Of a stretch of 64,000 bases of DNA, positions 49,401 to 57,309 are shown in pieces. The notes below the pieces were generated by a model. It was given only the letters and a program-made list of their open reading frames with translations, was not told where the DNA came from and did not search any database. Position 1 is the first letter of the stretch. Every line of letters begins with the position of its first letter. The stretch comes from Parcubacteria group bacterium GW2011_GWA1_56_13 (GTDB taxonomy: Bacteria; Patescibacteriota; Minisyncoccia; Phycocordibacterales; Phycocordibacteraceae): positions 1,559 through 65,558 of the forward strand of contig LCRY01000002.1 of NCBI GenBank assembly GCA_001004905.1, given 5' to 3'. The position numbers and the translations under genes are program-made.

Positions 49401-50567
49401 ATGAAACGTATCGCAATTGTACAAATCGCCCCTTCCGATGTTAAGGGAAGATTAAGGGACTACAATGTAATTCGTCCACTGCAGGAAAGCGGTTTATTTG
49501 ACCATATCGTGTTGGCATATCCTGACCTTCCTGGGGCGGAAATTATCGATGATTTGGCCAAGGAATGGGGAATCGAGTCATTTCGAGGCGATGTAATGAA
49601 TGTGACCCGACGCATTTTGAACTGTGCAAAAAAATACGATGCGCATACTGTGGTGCGAGTGTTGTCGTGGTATTTTTTTATTGATATTGATCTTGTCAAA
49701 CGAATGGTTCGATTTCTCGAAGAAAGCGATTCTGACTACGTGCCTCTCCCTCGTGATTTTGACATCCGGTTTGGCGCTGATGTTACACAAACTCGATTTT
49801 ACGAAAAAATGGATTCTTATTTTAATAAGGACTCGACTCTATTAAAACTATATGCATTTAATCCGTGGGGATTCTGCGAGCTGCACCAGGAATTATTCAA
49901 AGTCAAGGAATTCAAAGATGTTCCAACATATACCGCAAATTATTTTAAACAATTGAGACAGACTATGGATCTAGTCTGGCCAGAACAATGGGATTCACAA
50001 GACACGCCCATAGATCCATACAGAATGGTAATAAAATATAAAAAAGGAAGCGGGAAGCATGCGTTAGATCTTGCTTGCGGTTATGGAATGGGGAGTAATC
50101 TATTGCACGAGAATGGTTTTTGCGTATTGGGTGTAGATATAGATCCTGCTGTTATTACTACGTGCAAAAAGAGATATGAAGAAAACAGCAAGCTTTCATT
50201 TTTATGTGAAGATTATCGCAATCTCTCTTTTCAGAAGGAATTTGACATCGTAACTTCAATCCATACTATGGAGCATGTTCCCGATGATTCCGATTTTCTC
50301 AGTCATTGTCATTTATGGTTGAGAAAAGGCGGCACGCTATTTTTAGAAGTACCTCTTCTGATGAAGAGACCATTTTATGGAATTGGCGAGCCAATTAACC
50401 CAAAGCACGTGAAGGAATACGATCTGAAGGCTTTAAAGACTCTAGTGTCAAAGTATTTCCATATTATCAAAGTATTCGGAGTTACTCGCGGGTATTATGT
50501 TGAGGAGTGCAAAGCGAGAAACGCGGCATTAATTATAGCCACAAAGACAAGAACGGACGGACTGTGA
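49401..50567 (+). CDS. Fusion of a degenerate SpsF-like nucleotidyltransferase fold and a class I methyltransferase
   Basis: FRGDVMNVTRR...VVRV in the N-half; LDLACGYGMG, TMEHV, HVKEY in the C-half. Confidence 0.7.
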   Translation: MKRIAIVQIAPSDVKGRLRDYNVIRPLQESGLFDHIVLAYPDLPGAEIIDDLAKEWGIESFRGDVMNVTRRILNCAKKYDAHTVVRVLSWYFFIDIDLVKRMVRFLEESDSDYVPLPRDFDIRFGADVTQTRFYEKMDSYFNKDSTLLKLYAFNPWGFCELHQELFKVKEFKDVPTYTANYFKQLRQTMDLVWPEQWDSQDTPIDPYRMVIKYKKGSGKHALDLACGYGMGSNLLHENGFCVLGVDIDPAVITTCKKRYEENSKLSFLCEDYRNLSFQKEFDIVTSIHTMEHVPDDSDFLSHCHLWLRKGGTLFLEVPLLMKRPFYGIGEPINPKHVKEYDLKALKTLVSKYFHIIKVFGVTRGYYVEECKARNAALIIATKTRTDGL

Positions 50568-50579
50568 TATAACAAACCT

Positions 50580-51386
50580 ATGACTGATCTTGCCCGTAAA
50601 GCCCAAGAGATACGAAGTCATGCGCTGTGCATGATTCATGCAGCGCGTTCTGGACATCCGGGAGGTTCACTTTCTGTCGCGGATATGCTCGCTGTACTCT
50701 ATTTCGATGAACTCAATCTGCGTCCACGATCTCCGCGCTGGAACAACCGGGATAGATTTATTCTTTCCAAGGGGCATTCGTGTCCGGCGCTCTATGCCGC
50801 GCTTGCGATGCGCGGCTATTTCCCGAAGAAGGAGCTCCTCGGCCTGCGCAAAATCGACCATTTCCTCGAAGGGCATCCCGATGTAAAGATTCCCGGCGTT
50901 GATGCGCCCTCCGGCTCGTTAGGCATGGGGCTTTCGCAGGGCCTCGGCATGGCGCTCGGCGGACGGTATCTAAAAAAGAAATTCCGCACGTATGTCCTCC
51001 TCGGCGATGGCGATATGCAAGAGGGAAACACCTGGGAAGCGTTCATGGCCGCGGGATTCCATAAGGTCGATACACTCGTCGCTTTACTGGATGCAAATGG
51101 CATTCAGGGTGACGCACGCGTTGAAACTCAGATGGACTACGAGCCAGTTCTAGAGAAAGTGCGTGCGTTCCGTTGGCATGTTGAGGAGATTGATGGTCAC
51201 GACGTACGGCAGATACGGCGCGCGCTCAAGAATGCACGTGCCCAAAAAGGGAAGCCCTCGTTCATCCTCGCGCGTACAGTGAAAGGCAAGGGAGTGTCTT
51301 TTATAGAAGACCAACTCGCTTGGCATGGGAGTGTGACGATGAAGGACGAAGAACTCGCGCAGTCGCTTGCAGAATTACGCGTATGA
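50580..51386 (+). CDS. Transketolase, N-terminal subunit
   Basis: SGHPGGSLS, DRFILSKGH, GSLGMG, LGDGD, TVKGKG. Confidence 0.93.
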   Translation: MTDLARKAQEIRSHALCMIHAARSGHPGGSLSVADMLAVLYFDELNLRPRSPRWNNRDRFILSKGHSCPALYAALAMRGYFPKKELLGLRKIDHFLEGHPDVKIPGVDAPSGSLGMGLSQGLGMALGGRYLKKKFRTYVLLGDGDMQEGNTWEAFMAAGFHKVDTLVALLDANGIQGDARVETQMDYEPVLEKVRAFRWHVEEIDGHDVRQIRRALKNARAQKGKPSFILARTVKGKGVSFIEDQLAWHGSVTMKDEELAQSLAELRV

Positions 51387-52357
51387 AAAAAACCAAACTC
51401 CAATTCTGGAAGAAGGGTGAGAATGTTTCGTTACGCGAAGCTTTCGGGCGTATATTGGTACATCTCGGTAAAATGCGCGATGATTTCGTGCTCTTTGATG
51501 CGGACATCGCCGGCGGTACGGGAGCGAAGCCGTTCGTGACGGCGTTCCCCAAGCGAGTGATGCAATTTGGCATTGCAGAGCAGAATATGATGGCGGCCGC
51601 AGGCGGTTGTGCGGACATTGGCATCATCCCGGTCGTGAGCACCTTTGCCGCGTTCGGCGCAATGCGCGCGCACGAACAATTCCGCACCGCTATTGCGTAT
51701 CCGAACCGCAACGTGAAGCTCTGTTGCTCGCATCTGGGCGTTGATACGGGACCTGACGGCGCGACCGCGCAAATGCTCGAGGACCTTGCGGTGATGCGCT
51801 CGATTCCGGGCGTTACCGTCGTCGTGCCGGCCGATGCCAATGAGCTTATGCTCGCTTTCGACGCTGTGCTCAACCATACCGGCCCAGTATATATGCGCAT
51901 CGGACGCAGTCCCACTCCGGTTATTTCTGATGCGAAGCAGCCGTTTGTCATCGGTAAGGCGACGCGCATGTGTGAGGGCACTGATGCTACTATCGTCGCA
52001 TGTGGCGTTATGGTGGCACGTGCGTTTGTCGCGGCCGACGTGCTCAAAAAACAGGGCATTCATGTCCGTGTCGTGAATCTCTCGACCGTCAAACCGCTCG
52101 ACGAGCGGGAGCTCCGCGCGGCGGCGCGAGAGACGGGAGCAATTCTTACTGCCGAAGACCATAATGTTCGCGGCGGCATGGGAAGCGCGGTTGCCGAGTT
52201 TTTCGCCGAGCATCACCCGGTGCCGATGAAACTGCTCGGCGTTCAGGACCGCTTCGGCAAGTCGGGCGAGGCGGCGGAACTTGCGGAGAAATACGGACTG
52301 ACCGCGCGGCACATCATACAAGAGATTAAAAAACTTATCCGCCGGAAGCATTCCTAA
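51383..52357 (+). CDS. Transketolase, C-terminal subunit
   Basis: GIAEQNM, GPDGATAQ, GPVYMR, VKPLD, AEDH. Confidence 0.93.
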   Translation: MKKTKLQFWKKGENVSLREAFGRILVHLGKMRDDFVLFDADIAGGTGAKPFVTAFPKRVMQFGIAEQNMMAAAGGCADIGIIPVVSTFAAFGAMRAHEQFRTAIAYPNRNVKLCCSHLGVDTGPDGATAQMLEDLAVMRSIPGVTVVVPADANELMLAFDAVLNHTGPVYMRIGRSPTPVISDAKQPFVIGKATRMCEGTDATIVACGVMVARAFVAADVLKKQGIHVRVVNLSTVKPLDERELRAAARETGAILTAEDHNVRGGMGSAVAEFFAEHHPVPMKLLGVQDRFGKSGEAAELAEKYGLTARHIIQEIKKLIRRKHS

Positions 52358-52361
52358 ATAT

Positions 52362-53105
52362 ATGCATACTCAAAAATCACGGGTTGTCTTCGTTACTGGC
52401 GCGAGCCGCGGCATCGGGCAGAAGGTCGCCAAGATGCTCCTTGTGGCGGGGTATCGCGTCGCCTGCGGATATCGTACTCATAAAGACGGTGCACTTGCAC
52501 TTGCGCGCACATACCCCGAGGCATTCCCGGTACGCTCGGATGTAAAGAGCCGCGCATCAATAAAGAAAGCGCTTACTGCGACAAAACGCCGCTTTGGGAA
52601 GAGTCCTGATATCCTCGTCAACAACGCCGGCATTGCCGATGAACGTCCGCTCGAGTCCATCACGGACGCGCAATGGGACCATCTGCTCGCAGTAAATTTG
52701 CGCGGTCCGTTCATTGTCGTGCAGGAGGCATTGCCCGCCATGCGCGCGCAGAAGTGGGGAAGGATAGTGAACATCGTTTCCATAGGAGGGCAGTGGGGCG
52801 GTATGCGACAGGTGCATTACGCCGCGGCAAAGGCGGGGCTCATCAATTTCACCCGCTCCCTGGCGAAGTTGTACTCGCGCGAAGGTATCACCAGCAATGC
52901 GGTTTCTCCCGGGCTGGTAGAAACGGATATGAGTAAAAAGGAAATGCGCTCAAAGGCGGGGAAACAAAAAGCCGCACAGATTCCGATCGGCCGACTTACC
53001 AAACCGGAAGAAATTGCCGCAGCGGTTATGTTTCTCATATCAGACGACGCCGCCTCCATTACCGGCCAGACGCTGAATGTGAACGGCGGAATGCTGTTCT
53101 CCTAG
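52362..53105 (+). CDS. Classical SDR (FabG-like) oxidoreductase
   Basis: TGASRGIG, LVNNAG, YAAAK, ITGQTLNVNGG. Confidence 0.92.
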   Translation: MHTQKSRVVFVTGASRGIGQKVAKMLLVAGYRVACGYRTHKDGALALARTYPEAFPVRSDVKSRASIKKALTATKRRFGKSPDILVNNAGIADERPLESITDAQWDHLLAVNLRGPFIVVQEALPAMRAQKWGRIVNIVSIGGQWGGMRQVHYAAAKAGLINFTRSLAKLYSREGITSNAVSPGLVETDMSKKEMRSKAGKQKAAQIPIGRLTKPEEIAAAVMFLISDDAASITGQTLNVNGGMLFS

Positions 53106-53110
53106 CATAT

Positions 53111-54319
53111 ATGAAGACCATTCTTATCCTCGGGGCCGGCAAGGAGCAGGTAAATGCCATCGCCCGCGCAAAGGAAAAGGGTATACGCACCGTTGTTCTT
53201 GACATGAACAAAGAGGCGGAAGGGGCTTTGTACGCGGATGAGTTTTACGCTATCAGCACGCGGGACATCCCCGCGATACTCGCGTTTCTTAAAACGTACA
53301 ACAAAAAGATAGACGGTGTCATGACCATAGCGAGCGATATTCCGCATTGTGTGTCGGCTGCCGCGGAGTTCTTGGGCGTACCGCATATTTCGCTTTCTGT
53401 TGCGCAGGTATGCGTGCAGAAGTTTCGTATGAAAGAAACGCTTCAGGAGGGGGGCGTCCGCGTACCCGCGTTTGCTCCGGTCGATTCAGTCGAATCGCTC
53501 ATGGCCTTCATCAAGACGGTAGGGTATCCGGTCGTCATAAAGCCGGTGGACAATTCGGGCGCCCGGGGGGTTTTGCGGCTTAGTGAAGATATAGATGTGC
53601 CGTGGGCGTTCGAATACGCAAAAAAATATTCTTTTTCCGGCAACCTTATTGTGGAACAGTATATCGAAGGGCAGCAGATAAGCACCGAGGGCATCATGCA
53701 CGAAGGCATCTTTTATTGCACCGGCTTCTCCGACCGCAATTATGAGCGGATCGAAAAAACAGCGCCCTATCTCGTGGAAGACGGCGGAGATATCCCGTCT
53801 GCGTTAGATCCAGGCGAACAAGCGCTCGTCAAGGCAGAATTTGAGAAAGCGGTACGGGCGCTTGGTATAGACTGGGGCCCCGCTAAAGGAGACATGGTAC
53901 TCGGTAGGGACGGGAAAGCGTATGTGATAGAGGTGGCGGCAAGGCTTAGCGGCGGCAATTTTTGCTACGACAAGGTGCCGTGGTCGACCGGCGTTGACAT
54001 CGTCGACATACTTATTGACATGGCGGTCGGAAATTCCGTCGATGCAAAACGTTTTGTGCCGACCAAGGATATGGCGACTTCGCAGCGGTATTTTTTTCCT
54101 TTGCCCGGCACGATTAAAGAGATACGGGGGTTAGAGAAGGCCGAGCGCATGCCTCACGTCAAAAAAGTAGACCCGTGGGTGCAGGCGGGGGATGAAATCT
54201 CCGCCATCGTGAACCATCCATCTCGAGTCGGGTATGTCATTACCTGCGCGCCAACGCTCGCGGAGGCGGTGCAAGCGGCCGAAAGAGCAGTGCAATCCGT
54301 GGAATTTATCATGGAGTAG
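53111..54319 (+). CDS. ATP-grasp domain protein
   Basis: LGAGKEQ, YPVVIKPVDNSGARGV, VEQYIEG, IEVAARLSGG. Confidence 0.9.
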   Translation: MKTILILGAGKEQVNAIARAKEKGIRTVVLDMNKEAEGALYADEFYAISTRDIPAILAFLKTYNKKIDGVMTIASDIPHCVSAAAEFLGVPHISLSVAQVCVQKFRMKETLQEGGVRVPAFAPVDSVESLMAFIKTVGYPVVIKPVDNSGARGVLRLSEDIDVPWAFEYAKKYSFSGNLIVEQYIEGQQISTEGIMHEGIFYCTGFSDRNYERIEKTAPYLVEDGGDIPSALDPGEQALVKAEFEKAVRALGIDWGPAKGDMVLGRDGKAYVIEVAARLSGGNFCYDKVPWSTGVDIVDILIDMAVGNSVDAKRFVPTKDMATSQRYFFPLPGTIKEIRGLEKAERMPHVKKVDPWVQAGDEISAIVNHPSRVGYVITCAPTLAEAVQAAERAVQSVEFIME

Positions 54320-54325
54320 AAATAT

Positions 54326-55102
54326 ATGCATAAGAAACTTGGCGTCGCAACGCGCTTTTACGGGCTCACCGAGGGGGATGTACAGCGCCTCGCGGCGTGG
54401 GTGGATGCGGCTCGTGCGGTTGTTCCCGCATCAAGCATATTTGTGGCCATTAACAGTGAAGCCGACCGTTCAGGGAGTCAGGATTTCATGCGCGAACACT
54501 ATCCGGACGTTGTGACGTTTCCGGTCACACCGTGGGGAAGGGTGGTGCAGGCGCCAAATGCTCTTCTTCTGAAGTGTGCGGAACGGCAAGTGAGCCACCT
54601 GCTGTTCGCGAGCACCGAATACCCGGTGACCCAGTCGCTCCTGTCACTGCTCCAGTCCCACTCCGATGATCAAACGCTCGTGGTCGGCGCACGTCTCGCG
54701 GGCCATGATTTTAAGACGCCGCCGGGCGGGCGTGTGCTCGTATCAGGCGCAAGCGGCCTCCAGATTCCCTGGAACACGTGCGCTTTGTGGTCAACTGGGC
54801 ACCTCATCCACACCGGCTTCGTGTTAACCGCTGACGCGGTGCATGATCCCGATAATGCGGGAATGGAAGAGATGGGGACCATCGCCGCGCAGCAGATATT
54901 ATGGCCGGGCAGGGCGGCGGCCAAGCTCGTCGCTCCGCGCGCGGGCGACTTAGTCCCGAATACCCACGGGTGGACTATCCAGCGCCGTGAACGGCATGCG
55001 CGCATTCTGGAGTCAAAAAACTCCCGTTCCGTGACGCAACTGGAGCGTCTCTCGTTATCTGCTCCCGAGGTCTGCCATATCGACGATGCCTTAACTAGTT
55101 AG
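54326..55102 (+). CDS. Hypothetical protein, possibly GT-A-like
   Basis: 258-aa ORF starting 6 nt after the upstream stop. Motif-like PWG..NAL, PWNTCALW, GMEE. Confidence 0.65.
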   Translation: MHKKLGVATRFYGLTEGDVQRLAAWVDAARAVVPASSIFVAINSEADRSGSQDFMREHYPDVVTFPVTPWGRVVQAPNALLLKCAERQVSHLLFASTEYPVTQSLLSLLQSHSDDQTLVVGARLAGHDFKTPPGGRVLVSGASGLQIPWNTCALWSTGHLIHTGFVLTADAVHDPDNAGMEEMGTIAAQQILWPGRAAAKLVAPRAGDLVPNTHGWTIQRRERHARILESKNSRSVTQLERLSLSAPEVCHIDDALTS

Positions 55103-55187
55103 CGCAATGGCGTAGGAAAATTCAAATGATATGGTATTATTTTTCCGGAACGCGCCATAACCGGCACTACCCTTACAGGAGGGCATC

Positions 55188-55397
55188 GTGGAAGATAGGC
55201 GTAAGATCGAAATCCTGCGATTGATTGACCAATACAATCGCGACGACAGCGCGGGTGTTCCCGTATCTCCATTCATCGCGCGGTACGAGGGGACGCTTGC
55301 CAGCGTGAGTGAGAAAGTCGGGGTTCACGTCGAGGAGCTGGACGAGTTCCTGACCATCATGGATAGCGAGTTGCCGAACGATTATCTCACGGGGTAA
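55188..55397 (+). CDS. Small acidic hypothetical protein (69 aa)
   Basis: AGGAGG 5 nt before GTG; TGG-TATTAT at 55132-55140; hairpin downstream. Confidence 0.6.
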   Translation: MEDRRKIEILRLIDQYNRDDSAGVPVSPFIARYEGTLASVSEKVGVHVEELDEFLTIMDSELPNDYLTG

Positions 55398-55426
55398 AAC
55401 CCGGCAGACATACTGCGGGCACAACC

Positions 55427-55457
55427 GGCTCCTCTCGCGAGGAGCCAAGTTTCTTTT
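55427..55457 (+). terminator. Probable intrinsic terminator
   Basis: GGCTCCTC-tcgc-GAGGAGCC followed by aagtttctttt. Confidence 0.55.
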
Positions 55458-55491
55458 GCCCGTCCACGCGGGTTATAGTTATGACGACGAT

Positions 55492-57258
55492 ATGAAAGGC
55501 ACGATACAGGCGCTCCGACAGGCGTTCGGCAGGTACCGCTGGCACATTGGAGCGCTGGTGGTGTTCGGTATACTGAGCCCCCTCCTTGAAGGAATCGGCA
55601 TCAATGCGGTCATTCCGCTCATGTCATTTTTCATGGGCGGCGGCGACGGCGCGACGGATTTCATCACGAATGCGATACGGGGCACGTTCGGTTTCTTCGG
55701 GATACCGTTCAGCTTCCGGTATCTGCTCGCCTTCATCCTCTGCTTGTTCATAGTGCGAGCGATTTCCGTCGTTGTGTTCGGCTATCTTCGCGGCTGGATA
55801 GGCGCGGACTTTCTCGGGAAAGAAAGCGAGGAAGTACTGCGCCGGGCGCTGTTTGCCTCATGGCCGTTCTCGCTGAAGCAGAAGATAGGAACGATGCATA
55901 ACACGCTCGTGCGCGACGTCCAGCAAACGGGAGTTCTCCTGGGCGCGATGGTTCAGGTCATACAATCCTTCAGCGGCTTTCTCATGTACCTCCTCGTGGC
56001 GGTCAATATCTCGCCGGTAATGACATTCTATGCGATAGGTGGCGGAGCCGTTCTGCTGTTCCTTTTGCGGCCGCTCCTTCGCCGTACGGAGCGCATCGGG
56101 CAGCAAACCGCGAGAGTCGAGAAGCAGTTTGCGCAATTCCTGAGCGAGCACATCATCGGAATGAAATCGATCAAAGCCGCGGGAATGGAGCGCGCCGCCA
56201 TCAAAAATGGTACGGCGCACATCCGCCTCTTGCGTCATCTCTCGATACGCCAATCACTCGTCGGCTCGGTGAGCTCAAGTTTTTTCCAGCCGTTCTCCAT
56301 TGTCCTCGTGGTGCTACTGTTCCTCTTGACGTACCACACGCCGACATTCAGCATCATTTCCTTCGCCGCTTCCCTCTATCTGATACAGAAAATATTCGCC
56401 TACCTTGAGTCCGGACAGAACGCCATGCAATCCGTAAGCGGGCTGCTGCCGTATGCCAAGAACATCGCGGAATTCAAACACAATCTGGACCAGCATCGCG
56501 AATCATTCGAAGGAACAAAGCCATTCGTGCTTAACAAGGAACTCGCTTTCCAGAGAGTTTCATTCGCGTATGGCGAGGACAAGCCGATCCTGAGCGGCCT
56601 TACGTTTTCCATACGCGCAGGGGAGACCGTCGGGCTCATCGGGCCTTCGGGCGCCGGAAAGACGTCGGTCGCCGACCTGCTGCTACGGCTCTTCAAGCCG
56701 ACCGAGGGCTCGCTCACGCTCGATGGCGTGCCGAGCGAATCAATATCCCTCGAAGCGTGGCGCAAGAATATCGGTTACGTATCGCAGGACGTATTCCTAT
56801 TGAACGCCACCATCGAAGAAAATATCCGATTTTACAACCAGGACTTGACCATAAAAGACATCGAGAGCGCCGCGAAGCAGGCGAATATATATGACTTTAT
56901 CAAAGAGCTGCCCGAAGGATTCGGCACGAGGACCGGAGACCGCGGCGTCATGCTTTCAGGCGGCCAGCGCCAGCGCGTGGCGCTCGCCCGCGCGCTCGCC
57001 GGCCGTCCCAAGCTTCTCATATTGGATGAAGCGACAAGCGCGCTCGACTCGGCTTCGGAGAAACTCATACAAGAAGCCATCGGCGCCTTGCACGGCAGCG
57101 TAACCGTGTTCATTATCGCGCACCGGCTAAGCACCATCGAACGCTCGGACCGCCTGTTGGTGCTTGAGCAAGGAAAGATCACGGAAGAAGGCGCCCCGCA
57201 GGAGCTTCTCGGGCGCCCGGATTCCTATTTTTACAAATACCACGACCGCCGCGGATGA
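55492..57258 (+). CDS. ABC transporter, fused TMD+NBD (PglK/MsbA-like glycan flippase)
   Basis: TM-rich N-half; GPSGAGKT, LSGGQRQR, LILDEATSALD, IAHRLST. Confidence 0.88.
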   Translation: MKGTIQALRQAFGRYRWHIGALVVFGILSPLLEGIGINAVIPLMSFFMGGGDGATDFITNAIRGTFGFFGIPFSFRYLLAFILCLFIVRAISVVVFGYLRGWIGADFLGKESEEVLRRALFASWPFSLKQKIGTMHNTLVRDVQQTGVLLGAMVQVIQSFSGFLMYLLVAVNISPVMTFYAIGGGAVLLFLLRPLLRRTERIGQQTARVEKQFAQFLSEHIIGMKSIKAAGMERAAIKNGTAHIRLLRHLSIRQSLVGSVSSSFFQPFSIVLVVLLFLLTYHTPTFSIISFAASLYLIQKIFAYLESGQNAMQSVSGLLPYAKNIAEFKHNLDQHRESFEGTKPFVLNKELAFQRVSFAYGEDKPILSGLTFSIRAGETVGLIGPSGAGKTSVADLLLRLFKPTEGSLTLDGVPSESISLEAWRKNIGYVSQDVFLLNATIEENIRFYNQDLTIKDIESAAKQANIYDFIKELPEGFGTRTGDRGVMLSGGQRQRVALARALAGRPKLLILDEATSALDSASEKLIQEAIGALHGSVTVFIIAHRLSTIERSDRLLVLEQGKITEEGAPQELLGRPDSYFYKYHDRRG

Positions 57259-57309
57259 GGCAGGGCATGCGCAAAAACCGGACGTGGCTGTGGTATCATT
57301 TCGTCCATC

